A DNA stretch of 64,000 bases, from contig JANJGN010000037.1 in assembly GCA_026770705.1 (NCBI GenBank), positions 10,168,001 through 10,232,000 of the forward strand, given 5' to 3'. The translations under genes were made by a program, and so were the position numbers. The stretch's first letter is position 1; each line of letters opens with the position of its first letter. The stretch is from Isurus oxyrinchus (taxonomy: Eukaryota). Positions 11,673-25,531 of the stretch are shown here, one piece after another. Below the pieces are notes generated by a model that ran no database searches, had not been told where the DNA came from, and was given only the letters and a program-made list of their open reading frames with translations.

Positions 11673-13070
11673 ATGGCCCTGAAAGCCAAGAAGACGGCAG
11701 CCCCCAAATTCAGTGATACCTCAGTGGAGCGCTTTTTGGATGCAGTTGAGGCCTACTGTGATGTCCTCTACCCCTGCTGTGGCTGCAGGAGGTCCAGCAA
11801 GCTCAGCAATCTGGCTTGGGAGGCGGTGGTAGCAGTGGTCAGTGCCAATGCTACACAGAAGAGGTCAGGCACCCAGTGCAGAAAGAGGGTGAGTGATCTC
11901 ATCCATGCTACCAGGGTAAGTCAACTCTCATCACTTTCAACTCACAAGCCCATCACACATTCACTGGCACATCACTCACTGCCAGCTCAAAGGACATCAC
12001 CATTCACTCTCACACACACCCTCTCATCTCCGAGGTCGGTTGCAAACACCTACATGAGGATCCTACGCCGTGCACTCATTACCTCTGCTTTCTTTCATAG
12101 GAACCTCAACCTAGTGCCTGATGGCCTCAATCAACCCAGCCAACCCTTAGCACTAGCCCCGACGACACCTCGGATGAGGATCCTGAGGACACAGCAGAAA
12201 ACCTGTCACTGCACTCACCCATACCCTCCAACAGCGCAGAGACATACACCTTGTTGGGACTTCGCTCTAGAGCAGCCTCAGGGTCACAATCTAGTGAGCA
12301 CAGCACACATTTTGGTCCACAGCAGGCAGAGGCAGGGACATCCAAGGTCACTGGCACTTGTAGCACTGCTGGAGGCCAGGATTCTTCTGAGCCCGAGTCA
12401 GATGACGAGCGTCCGGACTCGGTCCTAACTTAGTTGGTGGAGCTGCAGGGGCAATCATGGGAACATCAGGAAGGGGTGTCAGCTGCATCCCTCGGATTGC
12501 TACGGACGATGGAGGAGTCTGTGTTCATTCTGAGGTGATAACGCTGGCATGCCAACTCACTAAGGTCAACAGCGGCAGGATCGCAGCTGCCATGGAGACC
12601 TTGGCCCAGGGCAGAGGTCCTACCCTGGTGGACGAGCTGCACTCATCACTGTAGCCATTGGTGGCATCCATCAGTGGCCATACGAGAGGGGGGGGCGGGC
12701 ATCTTAATCTCACTCCAGCTGCCCTTTCTCCTCAAGGAGTCAGCCAGAGGGCCCAGGCACCCAAAGGGAGGAGGACCAGATGGACACCCCGGGGCCATCC
12801 ACCCTGGTGACTCTAGGAGTGCCCAGCCGAACCCAATCCCTTCTTCCTGTGACTCCAGCATCTCTGACTCCACTGGCTGAAGAGGGTCCACCTGCCCTAC
12901 AGCAGGACACCCAAAACAGGTTGCGGCTCTCCAGGTCTCGGCCCTCTAGAGGATGCCCACTAAAGTCTTCACAGACAACAGGCATAGCAGTCAGCAGCTG
13001 CCTCCACCGTCGCTGTGGATGTCGGAGATGCACTCAAACGTAATTATAGGGTTAGGAAAGTAAAAAAAAC
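11673..13070 (+). pseudogene. Harbinger Myb/SANT-like protein gene (exon 2 deleted)
   Basis: MALKAKKTAAPKFSDTSVERFLDAVEAYCDVLY...AWEAVVAVVSANATQKRSGTQCRKRVSDL; donor GTAAGT at 11916; acceptor tttcatag at 12100. Confidence 0.8.
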
Positions 13071-14171
13071 TTAGGAACACAATTGTGATACTGGTGTTCA
13101 CAGCATGTATATAATAGTCACAAATGTAAATAGAATCAGAGCCATTTCACATCTCCTCTTGTGTATGCCTCCTTTTTATGATGAGCTGTGTTGCTGTCAA
13201 TCAAGTGTGATACCATGGTGCCTCCCCCACTTATCACTGATGTCACTGTCAGGGGTCTCGTCTATGTAGTGTGCTTCCATATCACCACGATATGTGCCCC
13301 TTTTTCAGATCATTCTTGACATCAGTGATGCCTCGACCTTAATGTTAAGTGTGCTTGTGGAAGGGACATCGTTCACATGCTTTGCAGGGTCTTGTCATGT
13401 TTATTCTTAGCTGTGGAAGATTGAGGCAGAGATGTTCTCCTATCTCATCTGCATTCTTGAAAGGTGGAGGTGTAGTGTACAAGGAGATGTGTTTACGCAT
13501 GGAGAAGGGTCATATATCATGCAACTCCATGTGCCAACTGTCATCTAGCAGGGTTTTTATGATATGAACCCCTATTCAGAGCTCGTGTGTGCTCCTGTCT
13601 GCTGACCGTATTTCCAACTTGCCGAGTGCACATCTGCTAAGCTCACCTCAAGGTGCCGAAGCTCTGTCCCTCTCAGCCACATATTGCCCTGGTGTCCGAA
13701 CCTACAACCTTGATCATTTCTCAACCTATAATTGTCTGTATTGCGTCCACAAGGCTCTTGTCACAATATTGGGATGCAGCGCTGTGCCTAAACACATACC
13801 TAAGCACTTGCTGAAATGTGTGATGCTAATTGCAATTGATTTTTGGCGGTCAATGGAACCTTTGAGCATGCTCTGGAAGTGCACATTATAGGTTTAGACA
13901 ATGTTGAGGGGATCTGTAGGATAGGAGTGAGGATGCACTGAAGCGAATTCTGCTCTTTATTAGCAGGGCCTCATGGCATCTGAGCATTTTGGAGTTTTCA
14001 AGGGCCAGGGTTTCAGGCTGGCCATGAAGGCACAATATGTATCTTAAAGAGAAGGCATTTTAATGTCTGACATGCAAGTGGTTGAATGTTGTCATTTTCA
14101 ACTGGTCCACATGCATAGTCAAGTAAGGATAATGTTGGCCCATGATGGAAAGCACTTGTCCAAGAGGGTAC

Positions 14172-15440
14172 TCACTGCAACTTGTCATCCTCCTTGTGGA
14201 ATCTGGTTGCTATGAGGACCTCAGGCACAAACCTGCCTTGTCTGGCTGGTGCTGTGAGCTGCTCCCCTGCAGCCTCGGCTTCCTTGAACTCAATGCCCTC
14301 ATCCCCTTCGATGTCCTCCTCATCGGAGGAGACATGCAGCTTCTCCATATCGGCGTCTGGTTTGTCCTCCCCTCATGTTGTGCAGTGCACAGAAAGCCAC
14401 GATGATCCGTGAGAGCCTCTGGGGACTGTACTGGAGTGCTCCGCCAGATCTGTCCAGGGATTGGAATCACACTTTTTAGACGTCTATGGTCTGCTCCACC
14501 AATGCTCGGTTAGTGGCATGAGCATCATTGTACCTTCTCTCTGCAGGATTCTGTGGCCACTGCATGGGTGCTATCAGCCACATCCTTTGCAGGTATCCCT
14601 TGCCACTGAGGAGCCAACCCTGGATTCTGCATGGTCCTCTGAAGATGTTTGGATCTGTGATCTATTCAAGATATATGAGTTGTGGACGCTTCCTTGGTAT
14701 CTGGCAGAAGGCTGCATGATAGGTTTCTGATGGTTGCAGACCAGCTGTACATTGAGTGAGTGGAACTCTTTCCTGTTTATATGTTGGAGTGCTTGTTGCC
14801 AAGGAGCTTTTAGAGCCACATGAGTGCAGTTGATGGCACCCTGCACCTGTGGGAATCTGGAAATTGCTGCAAAACCCACTGCTCTGGCAACCTGGCTTGC
14901 TTGATCTCTGTTGAAGTTGATGTAATTGTGGGCCTTGGCTAAAAGGGCGTCTATCACCTCATGTGCTTGGTCATTTGAGAGATCCCTCAGAGGCCTCCAG
15001 TAGAGCCCTGGAAGGAACCTGTTATGTAGAACTTCAGTGCGGTGGTTACTATCACAGCCAGTGGCAATAGGTGCCCTCCAAGTTCCTGTGGCGCCAATTC
15101 CTGGAGAATGTGGCAAATTTGAGTCACCAGATCTCTGGACATGTGGAGGCATTGGCGACACTGTCTCTCACTCATCTGCAGATAAGACATGCGAGTTCTG
15201 CACAATCTCGGTCTTGCGAGGTGCCTATGCATGATGTCTCTGTGAACCTCATCCTCTGCGTCTGGAGGGGCCTTTGCTGACCCTTGGTTTTCAGGGTTTA
15301 GCTTCTCCCTTTGGTGAGCCTGGTGCCTCCATCGTAATAATCTTCTCCTGCCTGTATGTGATTATGCAGGCAGCAATAAATCTTCCTGATGGTCTCCTCT
15401 TTGCAGCATCGATGAGAAACGGACATGAGTCAGCATGAGC
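14172..15440 (-). pseudogene. Harbinger (HARBI1-type) DDE transposase, frameshifted
   Basis: FPQVQGAINCTHVALKAP..INRKEFHSLNVQLVCNH..ARYQGSVHNSYIL; HTH region LPLAVIVTTALKFYITGSFQ; acidic C-terminus ending KEDDKLQ* at 14172. Confidence 0.9.
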
Positions 15441-18239
15441 CTGCAAAAGTCCTATTTCTGTCAATGACTTGTCAGTGAATGTGGGTTCAAGGGCTTTGTT
15501 CCACTGTTGGAGACTAGTCGCCCAAAAATCCAGGACAGTCCGGGTTTGTTTCAAGGTGCGTCTCCCACTTTACATGACTGACTGCTATGACATTACTTTG
15601 GCTATGCGCTTGGATCCTCATTCATTGCACTCTAATACCACGCTCTTTTGAATATACAAGAAGGAAAATGTTTAGTCAGGAACTGAGATTATTTGAGGGG
15701 GGCCTGAGGCTTCTCTTAAAAGCTGCCAGTGTCACGATTGTAACACGCATCTGAAGCTTGTCCAGTTGCTCAGTTGTTCTGGAGTGCGTTACTGCTCTGG
15801 GGAATCGCAATGCTGAGTACAAGGGGTTGATACAAGGAGATCAATTAGTGCCCATTTTGCAGGATTAGTCTTGCATGAAATTATATCATAGCTTCTCTTT
15901 CCCGATTCCCTGCATTGTCATTGAAAGGCTCCTAACATATCTCAGCTGTGCTTCTCCTCATTTAGGAATGCACGGTTCAATTGGGTGCCTCTTTAATCGG
16001 CCCCCACTGTGCATGCACTTGCCCTCCAGTCAGGTCTCACAGCCTCACCAGCAGAGCATCTCCTCATTTTAATTTTGTACTGTGCCATTGCTGTAGGTTG
16101 GAAGGCGGTGGCGCTGAGGCCTCACTACCAGACCAGTTTGGACCCTCCCTGAATGAGTGTGGAAATCCTTCCCATCATCCTGGAACTTAATGTTCAAGTT
16201 TCCCCCCTCTAAGAACCTCTCAATCTTCCCCTTGTATTCCTTGATTGTGGTGGATATTCCTTAGTTGCACCCAGAACATGGTGAGGCAGATGTGCCTATG
16301 CCCATATGGACCTCATCCCTCCCCATCTTGAGGACGCTTGCACAGTCTGACATATAACCCTTCCGACACCTTCGAATGCCCCCACAATACCGTTTCCCCA
16401 TCTGAAGGCTGCAGATGCTGCCCCTAACTGAGTGTGCCATCTGCCGCCCAGTATGATGCCAGAAACCCCTTGGACCAGTGCGCGTGATGTTACGACTACA
16501 CCCTATGCACAACATCCTAGGTACAACCAAGACTGGCCTGACATGCCGTCCCCCTGCCTGGAATGGGTCAAGGACAGCCTTTGCAAACTCAAAATTGAAG
16601 CACTTCTTCACTTGGCAATCCTAGCCCAAAGTTGCTTATGCCATTCTGCAACCGACCCTCTCCCCATCCTGGCGCTGAGGATGCTTCCCCCTCCCCCCAC
16701 CCCGTCATGTGTCTGAGTGCAACTTCCCCGCTCTTAACCCCCCAGTGAAAGTCTTACCCTGCAGCCCCTTCCCTTGCCTCAGGCCAGTTCTCCACCCCCC
16801 AGTGGAGGCCTTACCCTGCAGCACATTAAAAGCCAACCGCTGTCTTACCACTGGTCTGGCAGGTAGAGACTTGCGCGACGCAAAGTAGGCGAATGAGCCT
16901 CGAAGTCAGGAGTCACATGTAGGCTGCCAGGTGCATGTCACTTGTATACCATTGTGAAACACATTGGTCCGATTGGACGCCAATCCAATGTGGGAGGATG
17001 ATTTCAGTGAGCAGTCCCTGTAATGAGATGTAAATGAATTAAAGTGACGTTCCCGGCGGGAAACGCGGCCCATCATTGACGCCTGGAGCGGACGACCCCG
17101 GACTACTTTTGCAATGGCGGTAAACTCATTTTTCCAACCTTGCGATATTTTCTACTCCTGCCAGCCATAATGCCCACCTCTGGTGGGGCCAGAAAATCCC
17201 ACTCATCGCCGCATCACCGCTTCTTAATTTACTTTGTCTTTTCTCCTGCGCTTTTCAGCTTGGGTGTTGACTTGCACTATGGGCTTTGACTCTCCACCTG
17301 GCTATTCCTCGATAAATAAGGTAGAAATAATGAGAATGCCCCTCTGAAAGCAGATTGCCCAAAATGCACTCTGTTCCAAATGTGGCCTTAGCACTGAGAG
17401 ACAGAGGCAGGTGGATAAACAGTCTCGCACACTATACAGTTAAACACAGACAGATAGGTAGACAAACGTGCACGCAGACTTGTTGGGAACTTGTGCAAAT
17501 AAGGCACACTCCTAGAAGACGCTTACCTTAATTATTAAAAGTGTTGGCTGCAGAATATGCTTTATGTTGGTATAAAACAACAGAAACAAGTGCAGACAAA
17601 TATCCAAATAAGATGACATAGGCACAGCTCATGGGAGCTTTTGGTTGACTCCCTAAGAGCTGCAAACCCTGGCTTGGAAAGCTGGTGACAAACACAGGTA
17701 GAGACTAAGGAAGCGCGATGAAGTCAATGGAAACTAAAAACTGATCCATGTAAGATATTGACCCATTCACTTACAATATGCTTGTCCAGGATGCACTTAC
17801 TGCAGCTCAATTATAAAACAATTAGTAATATACAAATAATGACCCTGTTTTATCTGCAGCTGTGGTTCAGGCAGACTCCTCTGGGTCAAAAACATTGATT
17901 ATTATGGAATAGAAATAGAGTCAGAAAAAATGTGGTCCGTTTATAATTCAAATGAGCGGAAGTGGAAGTTTATTAAAGTTATAAACAGCCAGTTTGTGGC
18001 ACATGCCAATTTGGCATTTTGAAAAAAGGAATGAGTGTTTTCTCCCTCTCGCTGCATTTTGATTGTAACTCTTTCTATTCTCAATGACCATATTTTCAAT
18101 ACACCCCTACTCTTTGGGAATCCTTCCCACACCACTTTGTCTTGCTAACTGTATCCCATTCTTTAAAGACCTCTTAATCTTACTTGTCTCTTGCTTTATT
18201 CTCGATGAGGAGCAACATCAAACAATCCCAGGAAATCAG

Positions 18240-18530
18240 TGGATCAGCGCCAAGCCAGTGCTGAATTCAGCTGATCTTGGTCATGATTAGTGTGGGGGGA
18301 GGGGAGTGGTGAGGCTTTGTGGTTACAGTTGGATCCTGATTTCCGTCCAGTGTCACTAGCTAGAAAACGTATTTGGGTCGATGTCGGATGTAGACAGAGT
18401 CAGAGTGGGCTGTGTGTCACCCTCCGAAGTTCAGTACTCACATTTGAAAAGTGACCACTTGGCCAAGGCAGTGGAGGGTATTTGTGGAGCCATTCTCCAG
18501 CAAGGACGATGAGCTTTGGAGAGCAGGAAG
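18240..18530 (+). mobile_element. Ancient SINE-like remnant (LF-SINE-like); similar pieces at ~27450-27530, ~28380-28500 and ~31450-31720
   Basis: Shared motif tgctga(a/g)tt.gctgatct...ggcaaggcactgga. The family assignment is from recalled similarity only. Confidence 0.35.
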
Positions 18531-20310
18531 AAAATTGATAGAAAAAAAATGTGATAATTCCGTAGAGAGCAGCATTTAGTTGAGGATGGCATCTTTGTAA
18601 TGGGCTTTTAATGCATTAGTGTTTGAGTGCACGGATGTATCAAATTGTCAGTGATTACTGAAGCTTTTTATGTTGATTTCTATTCTTGTGGCCAGTGTAG
18701 CCATGATTAGTCCTGAGGGTTCCAGGACCTTTCATTAATTGTTACTTCAAAAAAAAACTCGGTAATAGACAATATGCAACACTCTTGTCCTTTGCATTTA
18801 TCTTTTTTAATATGATTGGGGACCATGTTATGATAGAGGCAAGTAGAGAAGGACATCGTAAAAGCTGTATTATTTAAATTTAAGGCAGGATTAAGTAAAG
18901 GAAGAGCAACGTGTAGATTATTTTGCAGTTTTAATTGGATGGTTAATTACTACGCTAATGATGCCTAAGTTGCTGCTTTCAAAGGAAAAATGTGGGGCAA
19001 GTATACAACAGTGAAACACTTGTTTATTCACATTATCCAGAATTTCTGTCAATCTTCTGAAGATATGGCAGCTGATTGGGAGAAACCACAAGGAAATTCC
19101 CAACCTGTTTTTTTTCTCTACTCCCACTTTTGTGCCAAGCCACTAAGCTTTTACAGATCAGTAACCTTTAGAACTTGTACATCTTGCCAGTTTTCTCCTC
19201 TCCTCTCCAGCAGGCACTGATTCTTAATTGAAGAACTATTTCACCTTGTCTTAGCGGCCTTAATTCACCTGTGAACCTTGACAGCTGGTGTTGCCCAGTA
19301 GTTCAGTTGTGTGGCCTCTGGGCTGCGGTGGATCCTGCTCCCGCCTGACAGAATTGGCAATTTCAGTTGGAGTTGCAGCATAATGATTAGCAGCAAGGGC
19401 TCTAACCATATTTTTCCCTCCCTGAGTTGGATTGCCTCTCCCCTGCCCCTCCTGAGTGTAGCTTAGGGCACAGACAAGGAATTGAACCTGGGACCTTTTC
19501 GTCTGGATGGATTAGTGACACATCAGTACATTGGGAAGCTAACGCTTTGTGGTGTTAAACGTGCAAAAAGAGATGCCAGTGTTTATGAAACAATGGAGAA
19601 ATTTTGTCTTTGCCACATGGGTAGTAATCTAGCGGGATGGATTGCCCGCCTGTTATGGAACTGACCCGAATTTCCTTCCTTGCAATCAAATTACCAGCTC
19701 CCTGCCCTAGTGAGTTGAGATGTTCCAATTTAGAAGCGTGAAATCGGGAGCTCCAAATGTTCAATCATTTGGAAAGCATAAAGGATTTCATTACAATTTT
19801 ATCCCCAACATTTTATACATCATTCAGTCAATTACAGAACTGCATCATTCAGCTGTGTCTCCCCCTTAAGCAAGATTAATCTAAATGAATTGGCTTCCCA
19901 AATTGCAAAAAACTAGTTGCCTTGAAAAAATATCCAGCTTAGAAAGCAAACTAATATTCTGAGACATTCAGAGTACTGCAGAGATTCTTGCCTCATTGAC
20001 CTGAAACTGATGCATGTTTTAAAGTATGCATCATCCTCATGACCATGATACCTAAGCTTTTATTCACTAGCAGGCTGCTTTAGTAATATACAGTTGACAT
20101 GTTAAGTCTAAACCGCAACATTTAAAGTAACACGATGGCTGGTAAAGACTTAATTGTTCAAAATATTATCCTAGGGATGCAGTATTTTTATGGAAGGGAT
20201 GAATCACATGCTGAATTGATTGCTGAACTGATTGTCAAAACCCAGTGCACAGTTCAGAAAATTTCGAGCAGGTGCTGAAGATGGCAGAAGGAAGTGAAGG
20301 TGAGTGGGTG

Positions 20311-21344
20311 TGTTATGACCACAGCCGATGTTATTCACTAAGCAAGCCAAATCCCAGAGGGAAATTTGTCTTACTGGCCATAACTTTATTTTTTTTGTAT
20401 TTTAAAAATAAGGGCAAAATTACTGCTCCCAGAAACATAGAATCCCAGTAACACTTTTAGGATTTTAAAATTAAAAGATTTATTAACAGGAAAAAAACAA
20501 TTTAAAACACACGAGTAAAATTACACAGTTGAAATAGTCTTACGAAACATTCCTCAAAATAAACCTACTTGGTCAGAACGTACAAGTAAACTACTTGGCA
20601 ACAGTTTCCTTATAGATTTTTAACCATAAAAATCTAGTAATATTACCCATGGCAAAAACTGCTGCTACATTAATAACATAAAGCACATGACTTCTCACTG
20701 TCTTCCACTCTGCTGTGGGAATCTGAAGGGAGTTCAGAAACAGATTGTCTTCTGAAAACAAAGACTTCTCTTGCTTGAACTGGACAGCTGCTTCTAATTC
20801 ACAACTTTTCTCAACACAGCTGGTCTCAGGACATCACCCTCACACAGCCACCTCAACTCAACTAAACAGCTTTCCTTAAATATCTTTTTTTCCCTTTCAT
20901 CCTAGACTTCATTGTCCTCGGCGCCTCTTTGAACTCAACTTTTCCAAAATATAAAAATCTTTCATGTCTTCCTAATGCCTCCACTTTTGACTAAAACAAA
21001 GTTTCCTTATTTACTATGAAAATGTTTCTAAGTTGTAAAAGCCCCTTGCCATCTCTACTACCCTCTGAAATTCAGCACCTGAAAGGTCAAGTCCCTTACC
21101 TTTCACCTAATGCAAATTTTAAAATTCAATCTATTTACTCATACCTTCAACTTCACCATAGCAAATGCATGCATCTAGCACCTTTACCTTTCATCTCAGT
21201 TCCCATAGACAAACTGCCTGTATGAACCTTCCCTCAGTTTAATTAATCAGGGACACACACACACACACACACACACACGTAGCCTTCTTTACAGAACACC
21301 ACCATACTCCCAAAAACATTAAAATAGTAACATCCATCTTCACG
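20311..21344 (-). mobile_element. Solo LTR (Gypsy-like), ~1.03 kb, containing (CA)n at 21253-21278
   Basis: Ends TGTTATGA...TCTTCACG (TGT..ACA with one substitution); 4-bp TSD GGTG at 20307-20310 and 21345-21348; AATAAA signals on the - strand. Confidence 0.65.
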
Positions 21345-22069
21345 GGTGAGCTGCCCAGGAACTTGCTCTCCCTCCATTGCCAACCATCAGTTATAACACA
21401 GCATTGGCAGGAGCCTGGTAGCAGGTTTCTTTGCCAAGAATGGTAAGTGAAAGAAGGAAGGTTTGCATAAAATTTGGCACAAATTTATAGACAGGTGAAA
21501 ACGTCTTTTTTAAAATGCAAAAATTATTGAGTTAAGTAATTTGCATTAAATATTTTGTTTATCGATGTTTAAAATTGGTGAAAGAAGTGAAGTGCATTTT
21601 TACATTAGGGATGATACTAGGTGGGCTTCTGTACTGGCTTAGTAGCACTGCACGATGCAGTAGCTATTATGACACTTCTCCCTTCTTCACCACACACCCC
21701 CTTCCAATCTGTTGTGTTAGGGCTGAGTCTAATATTTACCATTCTTGAAGGAGGCATGATCAATTTTTACTGTTTAAAAAAAAAAACTCAGACTTTTCCT
21801 CAGTTGGATGTAGAGCTATTGATGCACTATTTTGTACTCATTCCTAATATCTGCCATGGCATTTTACAATTATCTTTGTTATAATTGGAATAAAAAATAA
21901 CGGTTCTGTTATTTATAGAAGATTAGCACAGTTGGTAGAACAGTAGCTAGGCAAAACATATGCTAAAATAGGTTAGACTAAAAAAAATTGTTTCCTTTTT
22001 GTGAATTTCTGTTTATTAAAGTAGAGGATTTGAATTTTGGGCAAAAGGGCAGTTTTACTTCAAGTACCC

Positions 22070-22325
22070 AGTGTCAGCATCAAACACTCTCAGGGCAGTT
22101 ACAGCATGAATTAAATACAGAGTAAAGCTCCCTCTATACTGTCCCCATCATACAGTTGCACAGATATAGCAGGCAGTTTGATACAGAGTAATGCTCTCTC
22201 TACACTGTCGCCATCAAACACTCCCAGGACAGGTACAGCATGAGGTTAGATACAGTGTAAAGCTCCCTCTACATTGTTCCCACCAAACACTCCCAGGGCA
22301 GGTACAGCACAGGGTTAGATACCGA
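22070..22325. repeat. 69-bp satellite, left part of an array split by a Harbinger insertion
   Basis: Unit agagtaaagctccctctacactgtccccatcaaacactcccaggacaggtacagcatggggttagatac, ~3.5 copies. Confidence 0.9.
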
Positions 22326-22587
22326 GGGCATAATTTACCCAGAATTTCACTAAGTGCGGTAGTGGACGGACTTAAAATGGAGTCCTACCCACCGACGAAA
22401 ATGGCGGGTTTTTACACCGTAACGTCCTGAGCCCACCTTATTATTTATTCACTTCCGCATAACACATCGTTTCCATGGTGGGCAGGGTCTCATTCACCCA
22501 CCCATCATTACCCCTCTGTTGCATCATACTGGCTGCCATCTTTAAAAGGCAACCGCCAGCAAAGTGGTCATTGCCACCAGCTCACCA

Positions 22588-23250
22588 CGGCTGCCCAGGA
22601 GACAAGGCCAGCAAAGGAAAAAGGACTGCAGCTTCACTTCAACGATGGGTCCCTCAAGCGACTGCTAGATGCCCAAAAGGCCTGCCAGGGTGTGCTCTAC
22701 CCCGCTCTGGCCGCAGGATGGGCAGCAAAGTCTCCAGCCCAGCTTGGGAGGCGGTGGCCAGCGCATACGCCCTGCAGAGGAGGACAGCCACCCAGTGCCG
22801 CAAAAGGATGAATGATCGCCTCCGTCCCACTAGGGTAAGTCAGTCTTCTCATTACTCCCAACTCACACACTCACAAACTCATCAAACATCCAAAGGGCCC
22901 TCACTCACTGCCAGGGCAAGGGATATCACCATTCACTCTTACACACCTGCGTTGTCCTCAACCCATCCATGTGACCACTCGCCACGCACACAGGCCGGGC
23001 ATACTTATCACCTGGCCCGGCAGGCATCCTGATACACTCTCCCCATCTCTATCCATGCAGGACAAACTGGCTCACAATAGGAGGGAAGGACCGCAGACAG
23101 GTGGAGGGATGCCGGAGTTCAAAGTTCTGACAGAATTCAGAAGCCATCTTTAAAGATAGGGCGTCACAATCAGCAGGCTGCCTCCACCTCTGCTGTGGAT
23201 GTCCAGGGAGCACCAAGACATTGTAGCAGGGTTAGGAAAGTTAGGTAAAA
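22588..23250 (+). pseudogene. Harbinger Myb/SANT gene remnant
   Basis: PAWEAVASAYALQRRTATQCRKRMND | GTAAGT 22835 ... CAG 23060 | DKLAHNRREG; then jumps directly to the gene's 3' end. Confidence 0.75.
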
Positions 23251-24505
23251 GTTGTTGCACAGCTTGGGCATGGGTGTTGACCACTTGTACATACTTTTCA
23301 CTTTTGTCAGTAAACTCCTAAGAATGTCTCCCTGCCTGTGGCTCCTTGTTCTGATGAGCAGTGTTCTCGTCACTCAGATATAAAACCTTTCTGCGCAAGA
23401 TAAAAGGCAGGTGTTTCAGTCCAGGGCCTCTTCCCTGTGCTCTGTGCAGCCTTCAGACCACAGTGATGGTCCAGCCTCACACTTCCTGAAAACATTACTG
23501 ATGCCTGCGCCTCGGCAGTGCTGGTCATTGCTGCCAGAAAGTAGTGGGCAGGTGTCACTGAGTTCTCTCATTCTCTCTGTGTTCCTGGCACCTTAAAGGT
23601 AGGCCTGGCCCCCATCACACCAGCATCCAGCGACCAGTGATGCTGTGCACCAGCTCCTGAAGGGCTGAGGTGCTGAAGGCCTACAAAGCATCAGATGTGT
23701 CTAAAGTTTCATGGCTGCATCTCTGAGATGGCCCTGATCATGGAACGGAAGCGAGCTGCCCTCGGCCAGACAAGAATCAGACGTTCTCAGAGGCTATGTG
23801 AAGATCTATAGAGTGTCCTCACTGCATGTTGTCTTCATCTTCCTGCGGCCGAGTGACTATTAGGGCCTCCATTGCATCTCCATGACAGGAGCATTCTTAC
23901 AGAGGGTATTGGTGCTACCATAAGCCAGAGAAATGCTGCCCTGGTGCAGCATCCTGCGCACAAGCAATCGAGGTGGGGGGTCAGGGTAAGCAAGGGAAGT
24001 GGCAACGCATTAGGGACACCTGTATAAACTGACCATGCCCCTGCAACTGAGACAGATCAGGCACAGCCACAGTGATATGATTGTGGTCAGGCTCCTGGCC
24101 AAGCAAACAATGCGGAGGCACCAAAGGTTCAATCGCTTGATACCTTACCCTGCCCCCCGCCCCCGCGGGCGCACTCTTTGAGTCGGCCACCACTTTATTG
24201 CACTGCGGAGCAGTTGGACTGCACACGTCTCACAATCTCCTCGCCAACGCTGGCCATGTAGCAGTCACTGCTGGAGGTGCTCACAGCCCCTTGCAATCTC
24301 AGCATCCCAGGTTAGACCAGTGTCCCCCATATCGCAGGTCGACAGGGCAGCCATGCAATGCACTCATGTCTGGCCATCCTAGGGATGACCAGCACTCTCT
24401 GGGAAGCATTAAGGGGTCACATAGGGCCAGGAAAGGTGCTAAGTACAGCCATGATAACCACATCTCTCTCTCTTTCATGCTGTGCAAGAGGACCACGTCA
24501 GGATC

Positions 24506-25531
24506 ATGGGTCCTGGTGACCTAGCTGTATGCTTAATGGCCTACAGGGACCGTAGAAGACTAAGGAGAGAGCAGCTGAGGCTCCTGGCTGTGCAAAGGCA
24601 GGAGCAGCAATCTCATGAAGGGGCAGCCACGCTGCCCAGGAGCGACAGGGAGCCATGGCTGGTCGGCACCTAGCAACACCAGCGCCTATAGACGCCGCCT
24701 GTCATTCCTGCAGCTGATTGAGAACCAGTGTCAAAACGACTGCGCATGTCTAGGGATCTGGTGGCTCACATCTGCCACTTTCTGCAGGACTTGGTGCCAA
24801 GGGGACATGGAGGGCATCCACTGTCAGTGGCTGTGAAAGTGACCATGGCACTCAATTTCTATGCCACTGGCTCCTTTCAGGGCTCCAGAGGTGACCTCTG
24901 GGTGTTCACAATCCGCCACCCACAAATGCATCCATAAGCTCACGGATACCATCTTCTCCATGGCCCACAACTTTGTGCATTTCGCAGGGACGAGGACATC
25001 CAGGATGCAAGAGCCTTTGAATTTGCCCTGATCTCGGAATTCCCACAGGTGCAGGGTGTGATCAGCTGCACTCCTGTGGCGCTCAGGTCTCTGTCACTAC
25101 TCTCGGTGGACTTCCATCAACTGCAAGGGCTTCCACTCACTGAACATGAAGCTGGTGTACAACCACCAGAAATGCATCCTGCAGGCGTGTGCCGGTTTCC
25201 AGGGAGTGTGCACCACGTCTTCATCCTCAGTCGCTCGCAAATCCCTTCAGTCTTCCAGGGTCCACAGAGGCTGCAGGGTTGGCTCCTTGGGGACAAGGGC
25301 TACCCACAGAGGCTGTGGCTGATGACACCTGTGCGGCGGCCTCAGACTGCAGCAGCTCGCAACTTGGTGGAGCAGACCATTGGGATGCTGAGGATGCGGT
25401 TCCGGTGCCTGGACCGGTCAGGTGGTGTCCTGCAATACAGTCAGCAGAGGGTGTCACGTGTCATCGTCGTCTCCTGCGCCCTTTACGACCTGGCGCTGCA
25501 ACAGGGAGAAGAGCTGGCTGAGGAGGAGATA
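24506..25531 (+). pseudogene. Harbinger DDE transposase body (its last codons lie at 23819-23880 on -)
   Basis: LSVAVKVTMALNFYATGSFQ; GWLLGDKGYP..WLMTP; RNLVEQTIGMLRMRFRCLD. Confidence 0.9.

Larger units (their letters stand above)
11408..17204. mobile_element. PIF/Harbinger transposon, near full-length but decayed, with convergent Myb and transposase genes
   Basis: TIRs gggtgggattttt / gaaaatcccactc; Myb gene on +, DDE transposase on -. Confidence 0.85.

Noticed and set aside
11643-12428. 261-aa ORF as an intact host gene
   Set aside because: Only the N-terminal Myb/SANT exon is real; the rest reads through an intron and an out-of-frame exon inside a decayed Harbinger.
14574-15161. Domesticated HARBI1 gene
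   Set aside because: It is frameshifted, has mutated catalytic residues, and lies between TIRs with a partner Myb gene, so it is a transposon copy.
17370-17690. Possible small solo LTR (TATAAAA, ends GTGACA)
   Set aside because: No TSD or second copy is available to fix the boundaries.
20175-20305. Host exon ending at AAG|GTGAGT (similar donors at ~46280 and ~55914)
   Set aside because: There is no convincing acceptor or frame and no recognisable protein; donor-like hexamers occur by chance.
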